A stretch of 64,000 nucleotides of DNA, taken from the NCBI GenBank assembly GCA_965209035.1, contig OZ242372.1:116497-180496 (forward strand), in the 5' to 3' direction. The notes under the pieces are model-generated. The model saw only the letters and a list, made by a program, of their open reading frames with translations. It searched no databases and had not been told where the DNA came from. Source of the stretch: Gammaproteobacteria bacterium (lineage in GTDB: Bacteria > Pseudomonadota > Gammaproteobacteria > CBDBNL01 > JAAOII01). Below, piece by piece: positions 27,315 to 37,839 of the stretch. Position 1 is the first letter of the stretch, and every line of letters starts with the position of its first letter. The translations under genes were made by a program, and so were the position numbers.

Positions 27315-28231
27315 TCGCACTTGAGGCGGGAGATGCGCTGGCACAGATCTCGCCAAAATTGGGTGGCTCCATATTAAGTTACCAAACAAAAAAGGGGGAT
27401 GCGGTTTGCGATTGGTTGCGCTCTAATCCCGATGCCCGCCATCCGACGGAGGCGGCCTGTTTTGTGATGGCACCCTATTGCAGCAGAATCTGTGACGGGA
27501 AATTTTCCTATGCGGGAAAGAGCTATCGGGTGCGTCTTTCAAGCCGCCTGCCAAAAACAGATACCGACTTGGATGCAATACACCGGGTGCATGCGTTGCA
27601 CGGATCCGCATGGATTAATGCATGGGATCTGACCGCACGTGAAAAGAATTCTTGTTCTTTGGTTTATGAAGAAAAGCCGAACCCCGAGATACCGTTTGTT
27701 TTTAGGATATCTCAAAATATTCTGTTAACCGAAGAATACCTGTCCGTGGAACTTACTTTGACCAATTTGGGGGATGACAACATGCCGTTTGGTCTCGGGC
27801 TGCATCCCTACTTCCCCATTGTCGGTGATACAAAAATTCGGGCACGCGTTCATAAGATGTGGCGGACAAAAAACTATATGCCCGCCGCATTGGTTAAAAA
27901 TGCCTATTGTCATCAATTGGAATTGGAAAGCGGCCTGTCTCCCGCTCGTACGCGATTGGATCATACTTTTACCGGCTGGGACGGAACTGCAATGATTTCA
28001 AACCAAAACGGAATTCTCATCATGGAAACGGAGACAGACCTGCCGGAACAACTCTGCATTTTCTCCCCCAATCGCGAGTTCTTTTGTGCGGAACCGGTAT
28101 CCAATCCGGCAAACGGCCTTAACCTGTTACACAGAAAAGACACCGAAAACGGGATTCGTATTCTGGAACCGCGGGCAACAAGGCGAATGAAGGTTCGTTT
28201 CAAACCGCAATCGTCCGCTCAAAAAGATTGA
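27311..28231 (+). CDS. Aldose 1-epimerase family protein
   Basis: 306 aa. HGSAW..W, FGLGLHPYF and FCAEPVS motifs are typical of galactose-mutarotase-like proteins. Confidence 0.65.
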   Translation: MIALEAGDALAQISPKLGGSILSYQTKKGDAVCDWLRSNPDARHPTEAACFVMAPYCSRICDGKFSYAGKSYRVRLSSRLPKTDTDLDAIHRVHALHGSAWINAWDLTAREKNSCSLVYEEKPNPEIPFVFRISQNILLTEEYLSVELTLTNLGDDNMPFGLGLHPYFPIVGDTKIRARVHKMWRTKNYMPAALVKNAYCHQLELESGLSPARTRLDHTFTGWDGTAMISNQNGILIMETETDLPEQLCIFSPNREFFCAEPVSNPANGLNLLHRKDTENGIRILEPRATRRMKVRFKPQSSAQKD

Positions 28232-28287
28232 CCCGCACCGAAATTCCCATATAATGTTATTTAACTTATGGTTTTGAAACATATCAC

Positions 28288-29337
28288 ATGAGCGGCGGGA
28301 ATGCCGCCATAGCGGCGGCGACAGATGTGTTGGAATTTTCTTTGGCACCTGCGGATTGTAACAGGCTGTTATCTCTGTGCGGCGAATGCAACAATAATCT
28401 TGTGTACATGGAAAAGCATCTGGGTGTCAGAATACAGCACCGGGGGCATACTTTCCGAATATTGGGAGACAAGACCCCCGCAAAAAAGACCGCGCAACTT
28501 CTGCAAAATCTTTACGGGCTTACGAAAAGTAAATCTTACTTGGAACCGGAAGACATTCATCTCAATTTGCAAAAAAGTTCACTCCAAGATTTTGAGAACG
28601 ACGGAGCATCCCGGCATTCCAAGCGTATGGAAGATCCGGATAATGCGCGGCGATTCGGTATTAGAACACCCGGCGTAACCATAGAACCCCGAAGCGACAA
28701 TCAAATCGGGTACATTTCCAATCTGCGTAAAAATGCCGTTCAGTTTGCAACGGGACCGGCCGGCACCGGAAAGACTTTTCTGGCGGTGGCATGCGCCTTG
28801 GAAAGTTTACAGAAAGGCGACATAACACATATTTGTCTGGTGCGCCCCGCGGTGGGAGCCGGCGAAACACTCGGTTACTTACCGGGAACGTTGGTTGAAA
28901 AGATTGATCCCTATTTGCGTCCTTTATACGATGCACTGCAAGAAATGCTCGGCACCGAAAAATTAAACAGCTATATGGAAAAAAATGTGATAGAGGTTGG
29001 AGCATTGGCATATATGCGTGGTCGCACCCTGAATCATTGCTTTGCCATCCTGGACGAAGGGCAAAATTGTTCGCCCGAACAAATAAAGATGTTTTTGACC
29101 CGACTGGGGTTTAACTCCAAAGCGGTCATCACCGGCGATTTGACGCAGATCGATCTGCAGCCGCCCGGTTCTTCCGGTTTGGCACCCGCAATCCGTCTTT
29201 TGGAAGGACTGCAAGACATTGGTGTCGCTCGGCTGGATTGCAAGGACATCTTCCGGCACCCGGTTGTGAGTAGAATTATTGAGGCCTATGATGCGGCGGG
29301 CAAAAGAAAATCCGAAAATGAATCCGATCAAAATTAA
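28288..29337 (+). CDS. ybeZ: PhoH-like ATPase (YbeZ)
   Basis: Walker A GPAGTGKTFLAVA; GYLPGT..EKIDPYLRPLYDAL; ILDEGQN; located upstream of ybeY-corC-lnt. Confidence 0.9.
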   Translation: MSGGNAAIAAATDVLEFSLAPADCNRLLSLCGECNNNLVYMEKHLGVRIQHRGHTFRILGDKTPAKKTAQLLQNLYGLTKSKSYLEPEDIHLNLQKSSLQDFENDGASRHSKRMEDPDNARRFGIRTPGVTIEPRSDNQIGYISNLRKNAVQFATGPAGTGKTFLAVACALESLQKGDITHICLVRPAVGAGETLGYLPGTLVEKIDPYLRPLYDALQEMLGTEKLNSYMEKNVIEVGALAYMRGRTLNHCFAILDEGQNCSPEQIKMFLTRLGFNSKAVITGDLTQIDLQPPGSSGLAPAIRLLEGLQDIGVARLDCKDIFRHPVVSRIIEAYDAAGKRKSENESDQN

Positions 29338-29797
29338 AGTTTCTCTGGAGAAATTCGGAGAAAAATTTAATCGCCCTCACAAAAGCGAATTTATGAAGTG
29401 GACCCAAGCCTGCCTGGAATATGTTCGCGACCGGGATCTGCCGCAAAGTCAAAACATTAAGGGTCGCGAAATACTGAACTTGAATGTGAGACTGGTTACG
29501 GAAGAGGAAATGCGTCAATTAAGTGCCAAGTATCGTCATAAGAGCGACCTTGCCACTGTCCTCAGTTTTCCTTGCGAAGACAGCATTGCGCTCAGGTTAC
29601 CCGATTTGGGTGATATTGTGATGTGCGGTAAAGCAATCGCCCTGGAAGCCGGGGCCTATCGGACGGATGTGAATCTCCATTGGGCTCATCTTTTTATCCA
29701 TTCCGTTCTGCATATTCTCGGATTTGAACACAGCGATGCAATGCGGGCGGCGGAAAACGATATCATGTGCTCATGCGATCTGCCTCCCGTTCACTAA
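29318..29797 (+). CDS. ybeY: Endoribonuclease YbeY (rRNA maturation)
   Basis: VLSFP...HLFIHSVLHILGFEH zinc motif. I prefer the ATG at 29318; the track ORF starts at a TTG at 29279. Confidence 0.85.
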   Translation: MNPIKIKVSLEKFGEKFNRPHKSEFMKWTQACLEYVRDRDLPQSQNIKGREILNLNVRLVTEEEMRQLSAKYRHKSDLATVLSFPCEDSIALRLPDLGDIVMCGKAIALEAGAYRTDVNLHWAHLFIHSVLHILGFEHSDAMRAAENDIMCSCDLPPVH

Positions 29798-29818
29798 CAT
29801 CATTCTTTTACCCCGTCC

Positions 29819-30676
29819 TTGAATTTAATGAAATTCTTAAATTTTCGCTCTCTTTTTGTTCTGCTTGTTTTCAAACTGGCAAGTTTGATAAAAGACAGCG
29901 ACAAAATAGCGATTCTTATCCGACACATCATTCGTCTCGGCCTCCTTGAGAAAACTCAAGCGGGGATTATTGAAGGAACCCTCAAAATATCGGAAATGCA
30001 GGTTCGGGAAATTATGATTCCGCGGGCAAAAATGACGGTGGTGCCGCAGAAAGCATCGCTCAAAAAAATATTGCCGGAATTGATTAAATCCGCACATTCT
30101 CGTTTTCCGGTGGTCAACAAAGAAGATAAAGTAGTCGGGATGCTTTTGGCAAAAGACCTTTTGCCCCTATTGCAAGAAAAAGAAATCTCCTTTACGCCGA
30201 ATAAAATAATGCGGCCGGCGATTTTTATTCCCGAGAGCAAGCGTCTTAATGTCCTCTTGGAAGAGTTTCGTTCCCAACGCAGCCACATGGCCATTGTCTT
30301 GGACGAACATGAACTAACCGCGGGCCTTGTCACCATTGAAGATGTTTTGGAAGAAATTGTGGGGCAGATAGAAGACGAACACGATCGATATAATTTTTCC
30401 GGAACACCTATCACGCAAATTCCTTTTAACCAAAACAGTTACAAAGTAAAGGCCGACACTCCCCTTTCGGATTTTAATGCCTATTTTGCCACCTCACTGA
30501 AACATCATTCTCTGGAAACAATCGGCGGGTTGGTTCTGGATGAATTAAAGAAAGCGCCAAAACGCGAAGACAGCGTATCTGTCGGCAACATGACATGCAC
30601 CATAGCCAAGATGAATGAGCGCCGGATTGAAGAACTGATCGTAAAAAAAAATAAGACGCCGCAAAAGAAAAAATGA
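29819..30676 (+). CDS. corC: CBS-domain HlyC/CorC-family transporter-associated protein
   Basis: VREIMIPR..., a CBS pair, and HMAIVLDEHELTAGLVTIEDVLEEIVGQIEDEHD plus the CorC_HlyC C-terminal domain. Confidence 0.85.
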   Translation: MNLMKFLNFRSLFVLLVFKLASLIKDSDKIAILIRHIIRLGLLEKTQAGIIEGTLKISEMQVREIMIPRAKMTVVPQKASLKKILPELIKSAHSRFPVVNKEDKVVGMLLAKDLLPLLQEKEISFTPNKIMRPAIFIPESKRLNVLLEEFRSQRSHMAIVLDEHELTAGLVTIEDVLEEIVGQIEDEHDRYNFSGTPITQIPFNQNSYKVKADTPLSDFNAYFATSLKHHSLETIGGLVLDELKKAPKREDSVSVGNMTCTIAKMNERRIEELIVKKNKTPQKKK

Positions 30677-32220
30677 TCTTCCTGCGTCTGATCTGCGCGC
30701 TGATAGCGGGCATTCTTTTTGTGCCGGGTTATGCCCCGTTTAACCTCTGGTTTCTGTCGTTTTTAAGCGTTCTTCTTTTTTTGTTTCTTCTTAATAAACA
30801 AAACACTCTTAACGGCTTTCTCATCGGCTGGATCTTCGGGCTTGGCATGATGGGGACCGGTGTTTCCTGGATATACCACAGTATGCGCATTTACGGAGAG
30901 TTTAGTTTGGAGTTGGCGGGAGCCATCACCTGGCTCTTCTGCATTGTGATGGCGTTTTTTTACGCTCTGGTTGGGGGTGTCTTTTGTTTCTTGACACACC
31001 AACAACGCAGTATATTTAGAAAGTTTAGGATCCCCAACCTTACAAAAATTCTGTTATTTTCGTCCTTGTGGACTCTGTCGGAATTATTGCGCTCACATAT
31101 TTCGGTCGGTTTTCCGTGGCTGTTGTTCGGTGATGCTTTCATAAACACCTATCTTGCCCACTTGGCACCTGTGGGAGGCGTTTTCTTTGTCAGTTTCCTC
31201 GGGGTATTCACAGTCGCCACGCTGTTTTATTTGTTGTGTTTGATTCCCGTGCTCTATGTCCGGCGGAACCGACGGCGTTGCTTGTTTATTCTGTTTCTTT
31301 TGGTGATTCCTTGGGCTACGGGCATCGGATTACAAAATTACGAATGGACCAAAACAAGCGGGAGAAATATTCCGGTTGTCCTAGTACAAGCAAACATCCC
31401 CCAGGATGCAAAATGGCAAAAAAATAAAAGAACAAAAATCGCCGAACAATACCAACGAATGAGCCTTGGGCATACGGATAAAAGTCTTCTTGTATGGCCC
31501 GAGGCGGCCGTTCCCTACATTTATCCCGAAGGTGCGGACTATTACGACAAATTGGATCCTATTTTGCGAAACACAAATACCGCGTTAGTTTTTGGTTCCC
31601 TGCACCGCGCGCAAAACGGAGACATCTACAACGGTTTGTTCACGGCGGGTGCGGGCAGTTCCGGCATCACCCCTGTGTACTACAAGCATCTTTTGGTTCC
31701 CATGGGAGAGTATATCCCGCTGGAGTCTTTTCTAAAACGATGGATCCCGTTCCTTGACATGGGAACATACCGGGTCACATCGGGCAGTGCCGACCAGGGA
31801 GCATTTATGCTGGGAGATTGGAAAATTGCCCCGTCCATTTGCTATGAGATCACAAATCCGCAAATCATCGCCCGTAATGCCGCAGACAGTAACTTCTTGC
31901 TGACAGTGTCCAATGACAGTTGGTTTGCCGACTCGCTTGGTCCGCATCAACATATGCATATTGCGCGCATGCGCGCGCTGGAAAATCAACGATACTTGAT
32001 TCGCTCCACAAATAACGGTATCACCGCGATTACGGATCATCGCGGCAAGTTCGTCGCCAAGATCCCGCAATTTCAAGAGAATATCCTGACGGCAGACATC
32101 GTTCCCCGTTCGGGAACCACTCCGTATCAAACCGTCGGCAATCTTCCTGTGGTGTCTCTGTCTCTGATTTTATTTTTGTTCGGTATTTATACTCACCGAA
32201 GAGCGCTGAAAAAGATTTGA
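30673..32220 (+). CDS. lnt: Apolipoprotein N-acyltransferase
   Basis: 515 aa with N-terminal polytopic segments plus a C-N hydrolase domain (LLVWPEAAVP...KHLLVPMGEYIP...ICYE...SNDSWF). Confidence 0.9.
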   Translation: MIFLRLICALIAGILFVPGYAPFNLWFLSFLSVLLFLFLLNKQNTLNGFLIGWIFGLGMMGTGVSWIYHSMRIYGEFSLELAGAITWLFCIVMAFFYALVGGVFCFLTHQQRSIFRKFRIPNLTKILLFSSLWTLSELLRSHISVGFPWLLFGDAFINTYLAHLAPVGGVFFVSFLGVFTVATLFYLLCLIPVLYVRRNRRRCLFILFLLVIPWATGIGLQNYEWTKTSGRNIPVVLVQANIPQDAKWQKNKRTKIAEQYQRMSLGHTDKSLLVWPEAAVPYIYPEGADYYDKLDPILRNTNTALVFGSLHRAQNGDIYNGLFTAGAGSSGITPVYYKHLLVPMGEYIPLESFLKRWIPFLDMGTYRVTSGSADQGAFMLGDWKIAPSICYEITNPQIIARNAADSNFLLTVSNDSWFADSLGPHQHMHIARMRALENQRYLIRSTNNGITAITDHRGKFVAKIPQFQENILTADIVPRSGTTPYQTVGNLPVVSLSLILFLFGIYTHRRALKKI

Positions 32221-33780
32221 GTGAAGTTCTCTCCGCTTAGGTCCGGCTTCACCGTCTCTTCTTGGACCATGGTATCGCGCATTTTGGGTATGCTGCGCGA
32301 TATCGTATTTGGCACGGTATTCGGCGGCAGCGGCACCTTGGATGCTTTTTTGGTGGCATTTAAAATCCCCAATTTTTTTCGCCGGGTAACAGCCGAAGGT
32401 GCCATGACACAGGTTCTGTTACCGCTCATGATAGAAACCCGGGAAAAAGAAACCGAACGCCAACACAAAAGATTTCTGCAAAATGTTCTTTTTCTGCTGG
32501 TCATCACGACGGGAACCGCAACAATCTTGACCATGATTTTTCCAAAAACAGTCAGTCTAATTTTTGCCGCCGGCCTGATTAGATATCCCGATCTGTTCGC
32601 TCTGACGGCCTCCATGCTCCGCATCACTTTTCCCTACCTGTTTTTTATTACGCTGACCGCATACTATATGGCGTTGCAACACAGCCAAAACAAGTTTCGG
32701 TTGGGAGCACAAACCCCGATCATACTCAATGTCATCCTGATCAGTGCGGCTCTTTGGGCAACATCCTTGGTGCAACCGCCGATTATGGCACTCGCCTGGG
32801 GTGTGTTTATCGCCGGCTTTATGCAATTTTTGCTTCTCGTATTTGGGACCGTGCGTTTAAATTTACCGGTTCTGCCAAAACTTTCTTTGTCCGAGTTCCA
32901 ATCGGGAACCTACACGAGCCGGTTTTACAGGGCACTCCTCCCGGCCGCACTGAGCGGCTCTTTGGTCCAAGTTAATCTTCTTGCGGATACTTTTATTGCC
33001 TCCTTTTTGATCAGCGGCAGTATTTCTTGGTTGTACTTTGCCGAGCGTTTAATTCAACTTCCAATAGGGGTCCTCGGCATCAGCCTCGCCACTGTCCTGA
33101 TGCCGGGACTTTCCCGATTTTATCAACGCAAAGAAACATACCGTGCCCGGTCGGTCCTAATTTGGGGGGTGCGTTTAAGTTTGTTGTTGACCTTGCCGGC
33201 GGCGGCCGGTCTCATCCTTTTTGCAAAACCCATTCTTGCCACTTTGTTTTATCACGGCTCTTTTACTTTGGAACATTTGGAGCAGACCGCCGATGCATTG
33301 CGCGCCTATGCGATAGGTGTTCCCGCTTTTGTCTTAACCAAAGCGCTAACCGCCTCTTTTTTTGCGCGCCAAGATTACCGCACCCCGCTTAAGATCGCGG
33401 CCGCCGCCGCGGTAACCGGTGTTCTGTTGAGTGTTTGTTTGGTGTTCTTTCTAAAACATGTCGGACTGGCATTGGCAACATCCGCCAGCGGTCTGCTCAG
33501 CGTATCGTGGTTGTTGCTGATTCTCATACGCGACCGTCACCTGATTCCGAACCGGAAGTTTCTTGTTTTTTGCGGGCAGGTCATCTTCGCGTTGAGTGTC
33601 TTGATCGCAAGCATAGTATGCTTGCTAACATGGTTTGTCCCGGAGGTCTGGACCGGGTCGGATCCCTGGACCCGTGTTTGGCAACTTCTTTTCTGTATTA
33701 CGGTTTCCGTGCTAATGTACTTTGGTGTTCTTTTTGTCACGGGATTAAATTGGCGCAGTTTAAATCCTCGTTTTGAATGA
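32221..33780 (+). CDS. murJ: Lipid II flippase MurJ
   Basis: SRILGMLRDIVFGTVFGGSGTLDAFLVAFKIPNFFRRVTAEGAM; 519 aa, polytopic. Confidence 0.9.
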   Translation: MKFSPLRSGFTVSSWTMVSRILGMLRDIVFGTVFGGSGTLDAFLVAFKIPNFFRRVTAEGAMTQVLLPLMIETREKETERQHKRFLQNVLFLLVITTGTATILTMIFPKTVSLIFAAGLIRYPDLFALTASMLRITFPYLFFITLTAYYMALQHSQNKFRLGAQTPIILNVILISAALWATSLVQPPIMALAWGVFIAGFMQFLLLVFGTVRLNLPVLPKLSLSEFQSGTYTSRFYRALLPAALSGSLVQVNLLADTFIASFLISGSISWLYFAERLIQLPIGVLGISLATVLMPGLSRFYQRKETYRARSVLIWGVRLSLLLTLPAAAGLILFAKPILATLFYHGSFTLEHLEQTADALRAYAIGVPAFVLTKALTASFFARQDYRTPLKIAAAAAVTGVLLSVCLVFFLKHVGLALATSASGLLSVSWLLLILIRDRHLIPNRKFLVFCGQVIFALSVLIASIVCLLTWFVPEVWTGSDPWTRVWQLLFCITVSVLMYFGVLFVTGLNWRSLNPRFE

Positions 33781-34715
33781 ACCTTTTGCGCTATAAACCC
33801 GGACGGCAGCCAGATCGGCAACTCGGCAAACCGAGTGTTGTCGCCATAGGAAACTTTGACGGAGTGCATCCCGGGCACAGAGAACTCATCCGTCAGAGCT
33901 TGGAAATTGCCCGGACAAGCGGCTTGGAACATCTTATTTGTACTTTTGAACCTTCGCCAAATCAATGGTTTGAACGCGCCGATACTCGCCTAAACAACCT
34001 GCGCACCAAGGTATTTTTGCTGAAGTCTCTTGGTGTTCGCAAACTGATTCTTGTTCATTTTCGTCGTCCGTTTTGTGATTTAAGTGCCGAAGATTTTATT
34101 CGGGAATTTCTGCTAAGAGATATGCACATGCGCCATTTGATCACCGGCGAAGATTTTAAGTTTGGCAAGGATCGCAGCGGTGACCGGTACAAACTGCTGG
34201 AAGCGGCCAAAGAATACGACTTTGGTTATCGGACGGTAAAAGACTTTCCCAATGAACGGGAGCGCATCAGCAGCACTCAAATTCGCAATCTGCTCGCGGC
34301 GGGACAGATCACCGAGGCAAATCAACTGCTTGGCTTCCCCTATTCCTTTTGTGCGCGCGTAATAACCGGCAGCGGCATTGGAAAAAAAATGTTGGGGACG
34401 GCAACAGCCAATCTAAATCTTAAACAGTTTATCCCGCCTTTGCGCGGCGTTTTTGCATGTATGGCAACTCTTGCCAACGGTGAAAGGAAAAAAGCCGTGG
34501 TAAATTGCGGTGTCAAACCCACACTCAACCGGAAGCACCGACTGAGTTTGGAAGCACACTTGCCGGATTATGAAGGCAACCTTTACGGTCAAGTCATCCG
34601 CTTGGAGTTTTTGGCTCGCTTGCGCTCGGAGCAAAAGTTTGCCGATCTTGCAGCTCTCAAACGGCAGATTCACAAAGACAAAATACTTGCCTTGGAAACG
34701 CTTAATCGGCTTTAA
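33777..34715 (+). CDS. ribF: Bifunctional riboflavin kinase / FMN adenylyltransferase
   Basis: VVAIGNFDGVHPGH...; the C-terminal kinase part is GIGKKMLGTATANL...LEAHLPDYEGNLYG. Confidence 0.9.
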   Translation: MNLLRYKPGRQPDRQLGKPSVVAIGNFDGVHPGHRELIRQSLEIARTSGLEHLICTFEPSPNQWFERADTRLNNLRTKVFLLKSLGVRKLILVHFRRPFCDLSAEDFIREFLLRDMHMRHLITGEDFKFGKDRSGDRYKLLEAAKEYDFGYRTVKDFPNERERISSTQIRNLLAAGQITEANQLLGFPYSFCARVITGSGIGKKMLGTATANLNLKQFIPPLRGVFACMATLANGERKKAVVNCGVKPTLNRKHRLSLEAHLPDYEGNLYGQVIRLEFLARLRSEQKFADLAALKRQIHKDKILALETLNRL

Positions 34716-34721
34716 TACTCT

Positions 34722-35747
34722 TTAATGAGCCGGGGGAGACCCGGACAAAAGCGGCTTGGAATTTTCAAAACTGTTTGAAAGCACGGATGTTAATCCGAGC
34801 AAAGAAGAACGGACTTCGCTGTCCGCAAACTGCCGCAAATGCCTTTCGGCATTTTTCAAATAGCCTTGCATTTGTTCGCGCATATATGCAATCACCGGGC
34901 GGCTGCATATCAAATTGATCAGTAAGTTGCGCTGACTTAGGCTCATCTCGCTCCCCTCCTTCAAAATATTCCGGATGTCCTTCTTTTGGTTGTCATTGGC
35001 AATCTCATAAGCCCTGATCAACGGCAAGGTAACCTTTCCCTGTGCCAGATCTTGTAAGGCCTCACCGCCGTCATTGCTGTCTGCTATGTAATCGTGCATG
35101 TCGTCTCGCAGTTGAAATGCCATGCCGAATTGGTCGCCGAAAGATTTTGCATGCTCGCGCTCATTTGCCTTGCCTGCAAGAATCACCGCGATTTCACAAC
35201 AGGTGCCAAAAATAACCGCCGTCTTGTCATAAATTGTTTGATAGTAACCTTCTTTATCCAAAAGGCCCCTGTCACCCGCCGAGACGATGAGGTCTCGCAA
35301 TTCGCCCGCACTCAAACGCGCCACCGCCGCGGCCAAAACAGAAGTTGCCTCCTCGGTCTCCAAAGAGCCGATGAGTTCAAAAGCGCGGGCATACAAAAAA
35401 TCTCCCGCCAAAAGAGCCTCCTTAACACCCCACTTTTTGTGAGCGCTCATACTGCCGCGCCTTAAAGATGCTTCGTCAATAATGTCATCGTGAATTAAAG
35501 ACGCGGCATGCACATACTCCATCGCCAGGGCCGCATTAATGCTATTTTGTTTTTTATACCCGACCAACCGGCAAAAACTTAAAAGCAACATAGGGCGAAT
35601 GTACTTGCCGCCGCCGCGCAAAATATAGGTGATATGCTCTTCCAGTCCGGGCGGGCAATCCGCCCGCATTAGTCGTCGCTTAAATTCTTGCATATCCTGC
35701 CGGACTTCCCGGGTTTGGAAAACCCGCATATCGTGGCTTCCGGTCAC
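34722..35747 (-). CDS. ispB: Polyprenyl (octaprenyl)-diphosphate synthase
   Basis: The two Asp-rich motifs LIHDDIIDEASLRRG and FQLRDDMHDY. Confidence 0.85.
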   Translation of the reverse strand: MTGSHDMRVFQTREVRQDMQEFKRRLMRADCPPGLEEHITYILRGGGKYIRPMLLLSFCRLVGYKKQNSINAALAMEYVHAASLIHDDIIDEASLRRGSMSAHKKWGVKEALLAGDFLYARAFELIGSLETEEATSVLAAAVARLSAGELRDLIVSAGDRGLLDKEGYYQTIYDKTAVIFGTCCEIAVILAGKANEREHAKSFGDQFGMAFQLRDDMHDYIADSNDGGEALQDLAQGKVTLPLIRAYEIANDNQKKDIRNILKEGSEMSLSQRNLLINLICSRPVIAYMREQMQGYLKNAERHLRQFADSEVRSSLLGLTSVLSNSFENSKPLLSGSPPAH

Positions 35748-36532
35748 AACATATCACTCATAGAATAAAGTCCCGGCTTGTCGTTCTTGCTCAACCATAC
35801 CGCCGCTCTGAGCGCACCGCGTGCGAACAGAACACGCGAACTTGCCTTATGACAAATCTCCAATGTTTCACCTTCGCCTATAAAACGAACAGTGTGTTCA
35901 CCGGCGAGATCACCGCCGCGGACTACCTGAAATCCAATCGTCCCTTTTTCTCTTTCGCCGGCTTTTCTCCTGTCATAAACGGCGATGTTTTTCAAGTCTT
36001 CTCCCCGAGCCGATGCCAGAATCTTTCCAAGTGCCAAGGCGGTCCCGGATGGCGCGTCTTTTTTATGCTTATGATGTGCTTCGCTGACCTCAATATCGTA
36101 GTCTTCGCCAAGTTGCTCCGCAGCCAGTTTGACCAAACCGGAAGTAATATGGATACCGAGACTCATATTGGCCGCCAAAAAAACAGGTATTGATTGGGCG
36201 GATTTTTCTATCCGGCGCACTTGCTGCGACGAATGTCCGGTCGTCCCGATCACCAAACCCTTTCCACAAGAAATACAACTTTTCAAGCACGCCGGTGTTG
36301 CCTCGGGTTGCGAAAAATCTATCAAGATATCACATCCTGTGGCATCAATCCGGTCAGAACATATCAAAGGACCGTCTAAGCCGACCAATGGTCCTATGTC
36401 TTTGTCTGTCATAGAACTCCCCGGCTCAACCATTGCCCTGTACGGTTGCATACCGGGTGTGGCGTTTAACAGTTGCAACAGAGTTTTCCCCATTCTTCCG
36501 TCCGCTCCGCAAATCCCTATTTTTAGCATCAA
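35744..36532 (-). CDS. dapB: 4-hydroxy-tetrahydrodipicolinate reductase
   Basis: MLKIGICGADGRMG...; EAHHKHKKDAPSGTA. Confidence 0.9.
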   Translation of the reverse strand: MMLKIGICGADGRMGKTLLQLLNATPGMQPYRAMVEPGSSMTDKDIGPLVGLDGPLICSDRIDATGCDILIDFSQPEATPACLKSCISCGKGLVIGTTGHSSQQVRRIEKSAQSIPVFLAANMSLGIHITSGLVKLAAEQLGEDYDIEVSEAHHKHKKDAPSGTALALGKILASARGEDLKNIAVYDRRKAGEREKGTIGFQVVRGGDLAGEHTVRFIGEGETLEICHKASSRVLFARGALRAAVWLSKNDKPGLYSMSDML

Positions 36533-36648
36533 TAATAATGTATAATAAAACCTTAATACTAATTATTATAAAACCTGTGGGACAATAGAAGGCAAAAGAA
36601 TGCCAACAAGAACCGGAATATTTAAAATGCAAAGATGAATGATAAAAA

Positions 36649-37839
36649 GTGAAAATAAGTGAGGCATTCGGAAGTGAGCAATCAACGAGAAAACGAAAAA
36701 AAATTTGTTTGTTTTCTATAATGTACTTACAGATGAATTTGTTTAATGCAAAAATAAAAAAATACGGTACTCGCCTGCTGGTCGGATTTCTGTTGGTCGC
36801 GGCGACGGAGAGCGTTATCGCAAATCCGCGCGTGACCGCTGTTTTTCCTTTGGGGGATCAATCCTCTGTTCGCGAAGGTAGCCCCGTTGGCATATCCGTT
36901 GTTTTTTCCGAACCGGTATACGGATTCACCTCTCAAGACATTGTTACAAATGGCGGAATTCTTGCAATAGAAGGAAGCAATGCTTACTACAAGGTTTTAA
37001 TCGTGCCAAACACCTGGCCCATCATACTGGATATTCTCACGGACTCCGTTTTTAATTTTCGCGGTCAGGGAAACGATCCTTTCCCGCAGCCTGTCGTCGT
37101 GAGTCAATCCGGCCAAGTATTGGCTTTCACCGGCAGTGCGGTAACAACCAAGAAACAACCGCCGAGCCAGCCGGAACCTCAACAAACACGCCGCGAAGTT
37201 TACACCGGCAGCACCGAATTTGTGATGGACCTGGGCGCATACGGCCAAGGCCCCGCTTTCTTTCACTTAAATGATCAAACAGACGATGCCAAATCCCGCT
37301 CAACGGCGGAAATTACTCTCGGGCTTGAGGTTCGGCGCGGCTACAAAGGATGGCGACCCGGACTGGGCTACAAGCTTATGGCCGGCTACCAACAAACCCT
37401 TTATACGGATACTAGCACATACACCGCTGTCCCGTTGCTGGGGAGCCTTAATTTTTACTTTAACAACTATGTCAGTCTGGGGGTTGGTATGACCGCGCAT
37501 GTTGCGGGACAATATACTCACAAAGGTATTTTGGAACTCGACCCGCCGCTGCCGCCGGGAGAAGGTCGTGCGTTTACACCGGGACGCACTTTTAATGTGG
37601 CACCGGGTGCCAACGGCCTGGATGCGAATCTGCCCGGCGTATTTGTCGATCTGACTTTGCTTTACAAGCATGTCGGTTTGGTTTTACGTTATCTGAACTT
37701 ATCTTTGCACTCGTTTGAAAACCCATTGGCTAGGGAAGATTTTGAGGGGAACCTTCGTAACGCTCCATCACCATCATACGGATATTCAACCAATAACGGA
37801 ATAGACACTTTTGGAGTGTTCATTCAATTCAGGGGGTAA
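36649..37839 (+). CDS. Secreted protein with an N-terminal Ig-like region and a C-terminal beta-barrel-like half (hypothetical)
   Basis: Signal-like LLVGFLLVAATESVIA. An SbsA/Big-like segment (VTAVFPLGD..VSVVFSEPVYGFTSQDIV). The C-terminal half is Gly/Tyr-rich with alternating strands and ends ..GVFIQFRG. The start is probably an internal ATG (MYLQMNLF...). Confidence 0.5.
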   Translation: MKISEAFGSEQSTRKRKKICLFSIMYLQMNLFNAKIKKYGTRLLVGFLLVAATESVIANPRVTAVFPLGDQSSVREGSPVGISVVFSEPVYGFTSQDIVTNGGILAIEGSNAYYKVLIVPNTWPIILDILTDSVFNFRGQGNDPFPQPVVVSQSGQVLAFTGSAVTTKKQPPSQPEPQQTRREVYTGSTEFVMDLGAYGQGPAFFHLNDQTDDAKSRSTAEITLGLEVRRGYKGWRPGLGYKLMAGYQQTLYTDTSTYTAVPLLGSLNFYFNNYVSLGVGMTAHVAGQYTHKGILELDPPLPPGEGRAFTPGRTFNVAPGANGLDANLPGVFVDLTLLYKHVGLVLRYLNLSLHSFENPLAREDFEGNLRNAPSPSYGYSTNNGIDTFGVFIQFRG

